Shown: positions 38,605-47,668, counted from the first letter of the stretch. The stretch: DNA of 64,000 bases from Candidatus Bathyarchaeota archaeon (GCA_026014875.1 JAOZHO010000050.1:36090-100089), one strand, 5' to 3'. Notes: a model not told the origin generated them from the sequence alone. Numbers and translations: made by a program.

Positions 38605-39609
38605 GTGGCGGATTTGGGGGTGGAGACCTGTCTGGGCATCGAGTCGACTGCCGACAACCTCGGGATGGGGGTGGCTAGGTCAGACGGGGCCATCCTCGCC
38701 AATGTGATCACCACCCACGTCCCCGAGGAGGGGGGGATTCATCCCCGGGAGGCTGCCCGCCACCACGCCAGGGTGATGGGGGAGACCCTCTCCGAGGCGC
38801 TGGATACCGCGGGCATCACTGCCTGGGACCTCGACTACATCGCTTTCAGCCAGGGCCCGGGGATGGGGCCATCCCTCCGCACCGGGGCCACTGCGGCCAG
38901 GGCTCTCGCGGTCCGTTTGGGCGTCCCCCTCGTGGGGGTGAACCATTGCGTGGCCCATATCGAGATCGGTCGCCTCGCGACGGGTGCCGAGGACCCTCTC
39001 GCTCTATATGTCTCCGGGGGGAACACCATTGTCACTGGGTTTGAGGCGGGGCGTTACAGGATTTTCGGTGAGACCCTGGACATCGCCATCGGGAATTGCC
39101 TCGACACTTTCTCCCGGGAGGCGGGGCTCCCCTATCCGGGGGGGCCTGCGGTGGAGCGGCTTGCCCTCGAGGGGAGCACCCTCATACCTCTTCCCTACGT
39201 GGTGAAGGGGATGGATCTGAGCTACAGCGGCCTTCTCACCGCGGTTACCAAGGAGTTCAGGTCGGGGAAGTGGAGCCTCGAGGACCTGTGCTTCAGCCTC
39301 CAGGAGGTGGCTTATAGCATGCTGGGGGAGGTCACGGAGAGGGCTCTCGCTCACACGGGGAAGCGGGAGCTTCTTCTCACCGGGGGGGTGGGGGCGAACA
39401 AGAGGCTGCGGGCGATGATCGGTTCCATCGCCGAGGAGCACGGGGCCACCCCCTGTTATGTCCCCATCGGTTACGCCACCGACAACGGGGCCATGATCGC
39501 CTGGACGGGGGTGATTGCGTACGGGAGCGGGATCAGGACGCCCATCGAGAGGAGCCACATCGATCCGAGGTGGAGGCTCGACAGGGTGGAGGTGCCATGG
39601 CGGAGCTGA
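38605..39609 (+). CDS. kae1: KEOPS t6A threonylcarbamoyltransferase Kae1
   Basis: GIESTA, GGIHPREAARHH, VNHCVAHIEIG, YVSGGNT, DNGAMIAW. Confidence 0.96.
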   Translation: MADLGVETCLGIESTADNLGMGVARSDGAILANVITTHVPEEGGIHPREAARHHARVMGETLSEALDTAGITAWDLDYIAFSQGPGMGPSLRTGATAARALAVRLGVPLVGVNHCVAHIEIGRLATGAEDPLALYVSGGNTIVTGFEAGRYRIFGETLDIAIGNCLDTFSREAGLPYPGGPAVERLALEGSTLIPLPYVVKGMDLSYSGLLTAVTKEFRSGKWSLEDLCFSLQEVAYSMLGEVTERALAHTGKRELLLTGGVGANKRLRAMIGSIAEEHGATPCYVPIGYATDNGAMIAWTGVIAYGSGIRTPIERSHIDPRWRLDRVEVPWRS

Positions 39610-40235
39610 CTCTCATTGCGAAGGGGGCGGAGGCCGACATCCTCCTGGACCCCGACTGGAACGGCGTCAAGGCCATCATCAAGAGGAGGGGGGAGAAGAG
39701 CTACCGGTTGCCTGAGCTCGACGCGGCGATCCGGCGCTCCCGGACCATCAGGGAGTCATCGATCATCCATCGCGCCAAGGAGGCGGGCGTCCCCACCCCG
39801 TTGATCTACAGTGTCGACCCCGACGGCGCCCAGATAGTCATGGAGTACATCGAAGGGGATAAGGTCAGAGACATAGTCGGCAGGATAGGCCCCGAGGAGA
39901 GGACCCGGCTCTTCAGGGAGATAGGTCGGAAAACCGGGCTGCTCCACGGGGCCGGGATTGCCCACGGCGACCTCACCACATCGAACCTCATAAGCAGCGG
40001 GGGCAGGGGCGTCTTCATCGACTTTGGCTTGGCGGAGATGTCGGATGAGGTGGAGAGCAGGGGGGTCGACCTAAACCTCATGTACAGGATGCTCATCAGC
40101 ACCCACTACGAGCACACCGAGGAACTCTTCACGGCCTTCAAGGCCGGCTACGAGGAGACCCTGGACGAGGCCCAGGAAGCCCTGGACAGGATGAACGAGA
40201 TATCGAAGAGGGGAAGATACGTTGAAAGAGAATAA
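39597..40235 (+). CDS. bud32: KEOPS kinase Bud32
   Basis: KGAEA, HGDLTTSN, IDFGL, RGRY C-terminus. Confidence 0.95.
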   Translation: MAELTLIAKGAEADILLDPDWNGVKAIIKRRGEKSYRLPELDAAIRRSRTIRESSIIHRAKEAGVPTPLIYSVDPDGAQIVMEYIEGDKVRDIVGRIGPEERTRLFREIGRKTGLLHGAGIAHGDLTTSNLISSGGRGVFIDFGLAEMSDEVESRGVDLNLMYRMLISTHYEHTEELFTAFKAGYEETLDEAQEALDRMNEISKRGRYVERE

Positions 40236-40785
40236 AATATGGCTCGCAACGGGCAACAGCCACAAGATCAAGGAAGCCAGGGTCGTTCTGGCGGAGTACG
40301 GGATCGAGCTCGGGCACATCGAGGTGGACAGGATCGAGATCCAGTCCGACGACCCGGGGGAGATCGCCGTTTACAGCCTCACGCAGCTCCCGGATGACGG
40401 GCGACCCGTCGCCATCGAGGACGCCGGCCTCTTCATCGATCACTACGGGGGGTTCCCTGGCCCGTACTCCTCCTACGCCCTCGACAAGCTGGACAACCCT
40501 GGGATACTGAAGCTGATGGAGGGGGTCGAGGACAGGGGGGCCGCGTACCACTCCTACGTGGCATTCAGATTCGGGGACGAGACCCACGTCTTCCAGGGCA
40601 CGGTGAGGGGCACAATCACAGACAGCATGAGGGGAATCAACGGCTTCGGATACGACCCCATCTTCATCCCCGACGAGGGAGACGGGAGAACCTTCGGCGA
40701 GATGACGGACGACGAGAAGAACGCCCTCTCCCACAGGGCGAGAGCCTTCAGAGCCCTCGGAGAATGGCTCCAAGCCTTGAGATAG
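40222..40785 (+). CDS. rdgB: Non-canonical purine NTP pyrophosphatase (RdgB/HAM1)
   Basis: ATGNSHK, EDAGL, GFPGPYS, GFGYDPIF, SHRARA. Confidence 0.95.
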   Translation: MKENKIWLATGNSHKIKEARVVLAEYGIELGHIEVDRIEIQSDDPGEIAVYSLTQLPDDGRPVAIEDAGLFIDHYGGFPGPYSSYALDKLDNPGILKLMEGVEDRGAAYHSYVAFRFGDETHVFQGTVRGTITDSMRGINGFGYDPIFIPDEGDGRTFGEMTDDEKNALSHRARAFRALGEWLQALR

Positions 40786-40804
40786 TTCGCGCGCTCGTAA
40801 GTAT

Positions 40805-40873
40805 TAAGCGGTGATACGCTCTCCCGGAAAATCGGTGAACCGAGCTTTAGTTTGCTGATATGATAAATCTTAA
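40805..40873 (+). repeat. Imperfect ~70-bp direct repeat, copy A (copy B at 42019-42091; partial copy at 43344-43373)
   Basis: AGCGGTGATA...CCGG.AAAAT...GAAC...TTAG...GATA...TAAATCTTAA shared; TTAAGCGGTGATACG also recurs exactly at 40804 and 40870. Confidence 0.7.
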
Positions 40874-40901
40874 GCGGTGATACGTCTCATTCCATGGTGA
40901 A

Positions 40902-41998
40902 GTGTCATCCCACATTGATTATAAAGGGTTTATAATTGCTATCTTTCTCTCCGTTGTCCTGTCAATTGGTATCATAAAGACGGTTCCTCAGGTGCAAGAT
41001 GTCTTACGTGGTCCTCAAGGAGATCACGGCCTTCAGGGAGCGCAAGGACTTCAAGGAATGCGGGGTGAGTCTGGATTAGAAGGAATTCAAGGATCACAAG
41101 GACTCCAAGGCCCAGCTGGTGAGCCTGGTGAACAAGGACTCCAAGGCCTTAGGGGACCAGTCGGATTATACATGACCTACAATCCTGTCGGCGAGTACGT
41201 TGAGGTTCCAGGCATAATTAATGGCGATTTAAATGACGGAGGGGAAGGCTGGTATTATCAGGGAAAGGGCGGATTTGGTAGCTGGGATATGGCCATTCTG
41301 TATCAACATCTTACTATCTCTTTTATCATGCAGTCAATCGAGATTAACCAGAACTACGGATTGGCTTTCATGGTTGAGCCACAAGGAGCCAGACTAGAAA
41401 TTCATTGCGAAGGAGAAGTGCTATTCTACGGTGACTTCAGAGAAGAGGCTTCCGATTGGATTGAGGTGGTTATTTCCTTCGGCAATATGGTTGGGCGTCA
41501 TGACTTGTACTTCTATGTTTTGCCTGGGAAAGATGACGGCTCCCGCATAGCCATCGATAATATTACGATGGTGAAGTTTACTGGTCCAAGCGCGAGCTAT
41601 GATAATTTCCTGGATGATCGGAATATGACAATAATTCAGGATTTCACTCAAAGCACAGAATTCAACATATCAGCTGGAACCGAAAGAACCTGGGAGTTTC
41701 TGATATCCGAATATGGTATAATTTGGGAAGCCAAGATCAGCTTTAGTGGCACCTATGTAAGTATGTCTCATGCTTGGCATCGAGACGAAGAGTCTTCGTC
41801 GGTAGTTCAGGCATCTCGTTGATATACACAGGTTCAACTGACATCGTATATTACGGTAGACCGGAGTATCTCTGGGGCACTATAACTGTCGATTATTACC
41901 TAGACGATAGCGACCCCAACAAAATATGGGTTATGGGTAGCATCATGACAAATCTTCCAACGATAAATAGAGGAGGCTCGGCATACATAGATATCTAA
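40902..41998 (+). pseudogene. Membrane-anchored collagen-like (Gly-X-Y) surface protein, frameshifted near 41795
   Basis: N-terminal TM, ~17-18 GXY triplets; frame 40902-41822 continues in the frame of 41774-41998 if one T is restored in GAGTCT(T)TCGTC. Confidence 0.7.
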
Positions 41999-42148
41999 TA
42001 TTTTTTCTAGAACGTTTTTTAGCGGTGATATGTCCCACCCCGGGAAAATTAGCGAACAGGACTCTTAGCTGTCGATACGTGTAAATCTTAAATGGGGAAA
42101 AGCACCAGTAAAACAGACGGCAAACCAACCCTAAGGAAGACTTGAATT

Positions 42149-43159
42149 ATGCCCCAACAATCTAACTATGATATTTTCATACATATTATTCACCAAATGT
42201 ACTTAGGTTGTGATTTCCGATATGACCATCGAACAATCAGTCTTAATCCTCAAATATTTTCTCCATATTTTATATTACGAGAAATCAAAACACCAATAAC
42301 ACCCTTGGAAAAATATGTAAAGCATCTACCATCCGACTTCCTTGCCAATGCTAGGTCTGAAATGTATCGAAAAGATAGGGGGTGGATAAATAGGGGTGTC
42401 AATGAAGGCATAATTATAAGATTTATTGAAGAAGGTGAAACAAAATTAATTCCAGTATTACAGTCAGGAAGAACTGTGGGCATAGATTCATCAAGAAATA
42501 CATTTGTTGTATGTTGCTTGGACAACGTTTTAACAGGTATAAGATATGTAGAAAAATATTTGAAGATTAAAAGGGATATTAGGAAGAACGAATTTAGATG
42601 GAATAATTTAAATAGTGTTGATAAAACATATTTAATCACTAAAATTAATACCTTATTAAATATATCTTGTAAAGCATTGTTTGCCATCGATACGAATTTA
42701 ATAAACAGTACAAATCGACTCACTCATAATCAAATAATAGGTTTGATACAAGGTTGTTTTACAGGTTATGAAAATAATTCAACTCAAAACGCCGAATATA
42801 GGCAAAGTCTAAGACGGTTTTTTTTCGATCTCTGTAATAATATTTCCATTCACTGCGATCCAGATTTCGGTAGGATAAAACCAAACGATATTGTACGATT
42901 ACTGGTTCGAAATCTTTCAAGAATTGGAGGGAGAATTCAACCGTGTACTCCTTCTCACGCAACGTTATCGTCTCATGAATCTTCATCCATACAGTTAGCG
43001 GATCTAATAGCAGGAACCTTCAGTACTCAAATACAATTTCCAATAATTCCGCCTCATCCAACCAAACATCTACTTTTTAACGATAAATGGATTAGCAGAA
43101 AGGACAAAAGGAAAAAAAGATGGGCCAAGGCGTACTATTGGTTAAGAGAAGATGGTTAG
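42149..43159 (+). CDS. DUF3800-like RNase H-fold protein with N-terminal extension
   Basis: VGIDSS first-strand Asp, CDPDF, and the C-terminal SHESSSIQLADLIAG motif typical of DUF3800. Confidence 0.7.
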   Translation: MPQQSNYDIFIHIIHQMYLGCDFRYDHRTISLNPQIFSPYFILREIKTPITPLEKYVKHLPSDFLANARSEMYRKDRGWINRGVNEGIIIRFIEEGETKLIPVLQSGRTVGIDSSRNTFVVCCLDNVLTGIRYVEKYLKIKRDIRKNEFRWNNLNSVDKTYLITKINTLLNISCKALFAIDTNLINSTNRLTHNQIIGLIQGCFTGYENNSTQNAEYRQSLRRFFFDLCNNISIHCDPDFGRIKPNDIVRLLVRNLSRIGGRIQPCTPSHATLSSHESSSIQLADLIAGTFSTQIQFPIIPPHPTKHLLFNDKWISRKDKRKKRWAKAYYWLREDG

Positions 43160-43231
43160 GTGCGTACGTCTTTATATCGCGGACGTTTTCGCATCGCTTC
43201 CGTTAGAAAGCGATAATGGCGACCCCGCACC
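43159..43231 (+). ncRNA. Candidate structured RNA (three-way junction) abutting the DUF3800-like gene
   Basis: P1 GGTGCG 43159-64/CGCACC 43226-31; P2 ACGTC 43166-70/GACGT 43182-86; P3 ATCGCTT 43193-99/AAGCGAT 43208-14; GC-rich inside an AT-rich island. Confidence 0.55.
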
Positions 43232-43565
43232 CCGCTTGACTATACAGCTTTTGTACCTAACCAGTGAGTATACTCATTTTATCACATATAAACTAGTATC
43301 TGGAAACCTTTTACAGAGCCCATAACTGCACATCGCGCAGGCGAGCGGTGTTGCGCCCCCCGGTGAATCAGCGCGCGTTAAAAACAGGTAACTAATGAGT
43401 ATCAAACAAAGAAATATTCAAAACTTGCATGCAAGACACTGGAGTTTAAGTAGCATAAATTGTGCTTCCGCGCACGATATCTCTCAAGGAGTGGCTCCAA
43501 TCCTAAAAATAGACATCCCAGACCCTATCAGAGAAGGGCTACACAAAGAAAACAACCTTGAACAC

Positions 43566-43596
43566 CGAAAGGAGCCTAAAAACACCCGGAAACCAC
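43566..43596 (+). repeat. 32-bp direct repeat flanking the nuclease gene (partner at 45232-45263)
   Basis: CGAAAGGA-GCCTAAAAACACCCGGAAACCAC vs CGAAAGGAACCCTGAAAACGCCCGGAAACCAC, 28/32 identical. Confidence 0.8.
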
Positions 43597-43626
43597 CCCC
43601 AACCCACCCCAAACAAAGCTTGCTTA

Positions 43627-44895
43627 TTACCCGATATTATTGTGAGAAAGAATCTGAAATGATGCATTCCTTATTGGCATATTTACTAAGATCAATAATG
43701 ACTTTAAGCCAAACTTGTTCATGTGTTCCATAGTGTCTAGTTGTCTGATGGGTTTTCTTTGGGCACTGTTCGTTTTCACTTCAACGAGGAAATGTTCTCC
43801 ATTTTTATGCGCAAGGAAATCCATTGAATGAAATGGCTTAGGGGCATTATCCTCGCTTTTCAGAGATACTAAACAGAAATATTCATGAATAAAACAAGAT
43901 TCTTTTTCAGCACAGCCTTCACAGACATGGGGGAATTGATAGGTGCAAGGACAACTCGATGAAATATCTGAACTTTCTGTAGAAAGAGAACAGAGATGTG
44001 GTTGATTATGCCTAGGACAAAGCAGATCCATTTCATCACTGGTTCTACTGCAGGATAGGTGTGGACATAATGCGAGTTCTAGTTCTTGTCTATAACCTTG
44101 GATTCTTGTGGAAAAGTTAGGAAGTCTACAGACTGAATATCCTTGCCTCTCGAGATATTGACCCGCCAATTCCTCACCAAGTTTACCTGTATAATTAGCT
44201 ACTTTTCCTGGCGAATAATTGAAAAATTCAGCAGGTAATACTTGAACCACCCTTTGTAACGATGGAGCAATCCATTTATCCTGATCTAAAAAGATCCCAA
44301 GTTGATGTTGAACCTCCTTTGATTGTGTCACACGCTCATAGAGTTCATCAACACTAGAAACCTGAAAATCTTGAAAATAACTATGTAATTGAGGATTGAG
44401 ATAATATTCCCATGTCTGAGGAGTTTGTACAACCAGCTTTGATTCAAGTAGACTCTTTCTGGCGTTGGCGATTATACTTTCAGCTAACTCTGCTTTCTGT
44501 TCAGGATTATCCGTGACAACCTCAAGAAATTCCTTGAACTTAATTGAAGATATTATCTCAGATTTTCTCCTCGAGCCGTCGAGTAAAGAAGAAATAATTA
44601 ACTGCTCGGATATGTTCAATGGCGCGATAGTTAATATTTCATTTATTTCTCTAGTACCAATTTCCTTTCCTAATATAACGAGTTCAGAATCTACTTTTAA
44701 TAAACCAGATAACCGTAAATCCTCTGTGAAATCCAATATCTCTTGAAATGAATACGATGCAATGATGTTTTCAACAATTCGTGATTTGTTTCCACTGGAG
44801 CTAATATTTTTGTGTTTACATAAAATTCTGAGTTCTCGGTTGAGTATTTTACTGAGTAAATATTTTGATAAGCGTATCTCTAATTCGTCATCCAA
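43627..44895 (-). CDS. PD-(D/E)xK nuclease with SAP-like and winged-helix N-terminus and a Cys-rich insertion
   Basis: LRILCKHKNISSSGNKSRIV (SAP-like); GKLGEELAGQYLERQGY ... MDFLAHKNGEHFLVEVK (YraN/Hjc/Mrr-type core); ~11 Cys between these. Confidence 0.75.
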   Translation of the reverse strand: MDDELEIRLSKYLLSKILNRELRILCKHKNISSSGNKSRIVENIIASYSFQEILDFTEDLRLSGLLKVDSELVILGKEIGTREINEILTIAPLNISEQLIISSLLDGSRRKSEIISSIKFKEFLEVVTDNPEQKAELAESIIANARKSLLESKLVVQTPQTWEYYLNPQLHSYFQDFQVSSVDELYERVTQSKEVQHQLGIFLDQDKWIAPSLQRVVQVLPAEFFNYSPGKVANYTGKLGEELAGQYLERQGYSVCRLPNFSTRIQGYRQELELALCPHLSCSRTSDEMDLLCPRHNQPHLCSLSTESSDISSSCPCTYQFPHVCEGCAEKESCFIHEYFCLVSLKSEDNAPKPFHSMDFLAHKNGEHFLVEVKTNSAQRKPIRQLDTMEHMNKFGLKSLLILVNMPIRNASFQILSHNNIG

Positions 44896-45515
44896 TGGTT
44901 CTCCTACAATAATCCCTCTTGAAAATTTTAAGTGCTCGGAATACTCGACGCGTGGCTATATGTTCTATCCATGAACATCAGGAGAATAATGGAATCCAAC
45001 GTGAATAAAACGGAAATTATTGGATTCTATAATTCATGATTCACTATGGAATCTGCTCCACTATATCCAGGGGCTCATCAAACAGAGCATTCAAAGAGCA
45101 GAAATAATAAAGAAAATACAAAAAAACGTCTATTCAGACAATCCATACCTCCTTCCACGAAAATCACTGAAAAACATTCCCTTCAAACGAGGGGGAGTCA
45201 GGCATCCACACCTGAAAACTCCGCCAATCCACGAAAGGAACCCTGAAAACGCCCGGAAACCACTCTCCGAGCAATTCAGTAGCAGAACAACACCAAAACA
45301 AACCACAAAAACCCCCCAAACAACAAAAGGACCCGCAAAACAACCCCAAACAGACACCCTCCCACAAAAACAAAAAAACCAGTCACCCCCCCCGCCCGGG
45401 AACCCTTATCCTAAGCCACACGCACGAACCCCCCACCCAATAAAGCAATGTTTAAAAACAAACGACCCATTTCACATAGAGCAATCAGCGAAACACTCAA
45501 CAACAGATGATAACC

Positions 45516-45962
45516 ATGGTCGGCAAAAAGGCGTACATGAAAGGAAGATCCCGCTCCACAAGACCAGTCTCCAAGAGACCCCCCAACTGGGTCATCTACC
45601 AACCAGACGAAGTCAAAGCACTCATCATCAACCTCGCCCGAGAAGGCAAACCCCAAAGCCTCATAGGCAACATCCTAAGAGACCAACACGGCATCCCCCT
45701 AGTCAAACCAATCGTAGGCTACGGAATCCAACGCGTCCTCCAAGAAGCAGACCTCGCCCCCAGAATACCCGAAGACCTCTACAACCTCATGGTCAACTCC
45801 ACCAAACTCAGAAGACACCTAGAAAGAAACCGCAAAGACTTACACAACAAAAGAAGCCTCCAACTCTCCGAGGCCAAGATCTACGCCCTCACACGCTACT
45901 ACAAGAAACGAGGAATGCTACCCCAAGACTGGCGCCACAGAGACGAAATCGTCACCATCTGA
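45516..45962 (+). CDS. rps15: 30S ribosomal protein S15 (S13e type)
   Basis: GRSRSTRP, IGNILRDQHGIP, PEDLYNL, KDLHNKRSLQLSEAKIYALTRYYK. Confidence 0.96.
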   Translation: MVGKKAYMKGRSRSTRPVSKRPPNWVIYQPDEVKALIINLAREGKPQSLIGNILRDQHGIPLVKPIVGYGIQRVLQEADLAPRIPEDLYNLMVNSTKLRRHLERNRKDLHNKRSLQLSEAKIYALTRYYKKRGMLPQDWRHRDEIVTI

Positions 45963-47398
45963 GGGAGCAATCTATAGCCTCCCAGACCACATTTCTCAAC
46001 TCCTATAAACCCGCGGTAGAGGCCCTCAAAGACCACATCCAACGAGACAACCCCCTCCGCATCATCACCCACAACGACGCCGACGGCGTCGCCGCAGGAG
46101 GAATACTAAGCCAACTCGCCAGACGCCTCGACGCCAGATTCAAAACCACCTGCGAGAAACGCGTCGACGACAAGATGGTCCAATCCATCGCAGCCGAGAA
46201 CCCCCCGCTGGTCCTATTCTCCGACATGGGAGCCGGCTACCTAGACATGTTCGAGGAGCACCTCAAAGAGTCCCAGATCATCGTCCTCGACCACCACCTC
46301 CCCGTGAAGTCCGAAGCCCCCAACATCATCCACATCAACCCCCTCCTCCACGGCCTCGACGGAGCCCGGGGAATAAGCGGGGCCGGAGTCTCCTACTTCC
46401 TCGCCAAATCCGTCGACGAACAGAACGCCGACCTGAGCCCCCTCGGCATCGTCGGAGCCCTAGGCGACCGCCAGGACAAGGGAGAGAAGAAGACCCTCAT
46501 CGGCATGAACACCATCATCGAGGCCGACGCCAAACGCCTAGGCCTCCTCGAGACCCACCACGACCTCATATTCTACGGCTACGAGACGAGGCCCCTGGCC
46601 CGGGCCTGCGCCTACACCACGAGCCCATTCATACCCGGCCTCAGCGGACGCGAGGACAAGTGCCTCGCCCTCCTCAAGGAGGCCGGCATAGAACTCAAGA
46701 ACGAGGGGAAATGGAGGGCCCTCAGGGACCTCACCGAGGAGGAGAAACGCACACTATTCTCCGCCCTCACCAAACACATGATCTACGAGGGCTGCGACGC
46801 AGAGGCCGTCCACGACCTCGTGGGCACCATATACACCCTCAAAGGCGAGGAGCCCTGGACCCCCATCAGGGACGGCCGCGAATACGCCTCCCTCCTCAAC
46901 GCCTGCGCCCGCATGGGCCGCCCCAGCATAGGCCTCAGCATCAGCATGGGGGACCGCAACGAGGCCCTCAAAGAGGCCGCAGACACCCTCAACGGATACC
47001 GCCGCAAGATCGGCGAGTACCTCGACTGGGTCCGCAAGGCCGACCGCATCGAAGAGAGGTCGCACATCTACACCCTGGTCGTCAACGACGACATCGACGA
47101 GCGCATCATCGGGGTAGTCTCCTCCATCCTCATCTCCACAGGCATCCTCAAGAAATACAAACCCATCATCGCCTCCGCCAAAGCCGACGGAGAACTCATA
47201 AAGATCTCCGCCCGAGCCACCGAAGACATGGCCAAACAAGGCCTAGACCTCGGAGACGTCATGATGAAAGCCGCCGAACCCCACGAAGGACGAGGCGGAG
47301 GCCATGACATCGCCGCCGGGGCATTCCTCCCCGAGGCGAACCAGGAGGAATTCCTCCAAAGGGTGAACGCACTTGTCGGAGAACAACTCAAAACCTGA
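45959..47398 (+). CDS. DHH/RecJ-Cdc45 family nuclease (GAN-like); start non-canonical or uncertain
   Basis: ITHNDADG, FSDMG, LDHH, GALGDRQD, GGGHDIAAG; rps15-DHH-pcc1-rps3Ae order is the known context of Thermococcus GAN. Confidence 0.9.
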   Translation: MREQSIASQTTFLNSYKPAVEALKDHIQRDNPLRIITHNDADGVAAGGILSQLARRLDARFKTTCEKRVDDKMVQSIAAENPPLVLFSDMGAGYLDMFEEHLKESQIIVLDHHLPVKSEAPNIIHINPLLHGLDGARGISGAGVSYFLAKSVDEQNADLSPLGIVGALGDRQDKGEKKTLIGMNTIIEADAKRLGLLETHHDLIFYGYETRPLARACAYTTSPFIPGLSGREDKCLALLKEAGIELKNEGKWRALRDLTEEEKRTLFSALTKHMIYEGCDAEAVHDLVGTIYTLKGEEPWTPIRDGREYASLLNACARMGRPSIGLSISMGDRNEALKEAADTLNGYRRKIGEYLDWVRKADRIEERSHIYTLVVNDDIDERIIGVVSSILISTGILKKYKPIIASAKADGELIKISARATEDMAKQGLDLGDVMMKAAEPHEGRGGGHDIAAGAFLPEANQEEFLQRVNALVGEQLKT

Positions 47399-47636
47399 GA
47401 CCCGGGTCCAGATAACCCTCCCCTACAAGGACCCCGAGACCGCAGCATCCATCCGAGACGCCACGACACCCGACAACCAGGAGGCCCCCCCAGGCGTCAC
47501 AATCCACACCACAACCGAAGACGCCACGCTCCACATCACAGTCACAGCCACCGGAATAGCAACCCTCATCGCCACCGTCGACGACCTCCTCTTCTGCATC
47601 CAAGCCGCAGAGAAAGCACTCCAAGAAATAGAATGA
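47373..47636 (+). CDS. pcc1: KEOPS subunit Pcc1
   Basis: PDN motif, TLIATVDDLLFCIQAAE C-terminal helix, conserved position. Confidence 0.88.
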   Translation: MSENNSKPETRVQITLPYKDPETAASIRDATTPDNQEAPPGVTIHTTTEDATLHITVTATGIATLIATVDDLLFCIQAAEKALQEIE

Positions 47637-47668
47637 CAACGCCCCCCAAAGAGTTCATTTTTAGAAGG

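Larger units (their letters stand above)
40786..45510. mobile_element. Low-GC accessory island between rdgB and rps15 (no integrase or transposase seen)
   Basis: GC falls sharply (one 60-nt line in the DUF3800-like gene is 25% GC, against ~60% by eye in the flanks); accessory/defence-type cargo; repeats at ORF junctions. Confidence 0.8.

Noticed and set aside
40804-40884. CRISPR-like repeat-spacer unit (15-bp repeat, 66-bp period)
   Set aside because: Only two short copies, no cas genes; better treated as part of the island repeat family
43320-43385. Integron attC-like site (TAAC ... GTTA ends)
   Set aside because: The L''/L' boxes are not complementary at the required spacing, and no integrase is in the window
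45020-45958. N-terminal ~313 aa of the 792-aa ORF 45020-47398
   Set aside because: Low-complexity product that overlaps rps15; it stays open only because the A/C-skewed sequence lacks stop codons
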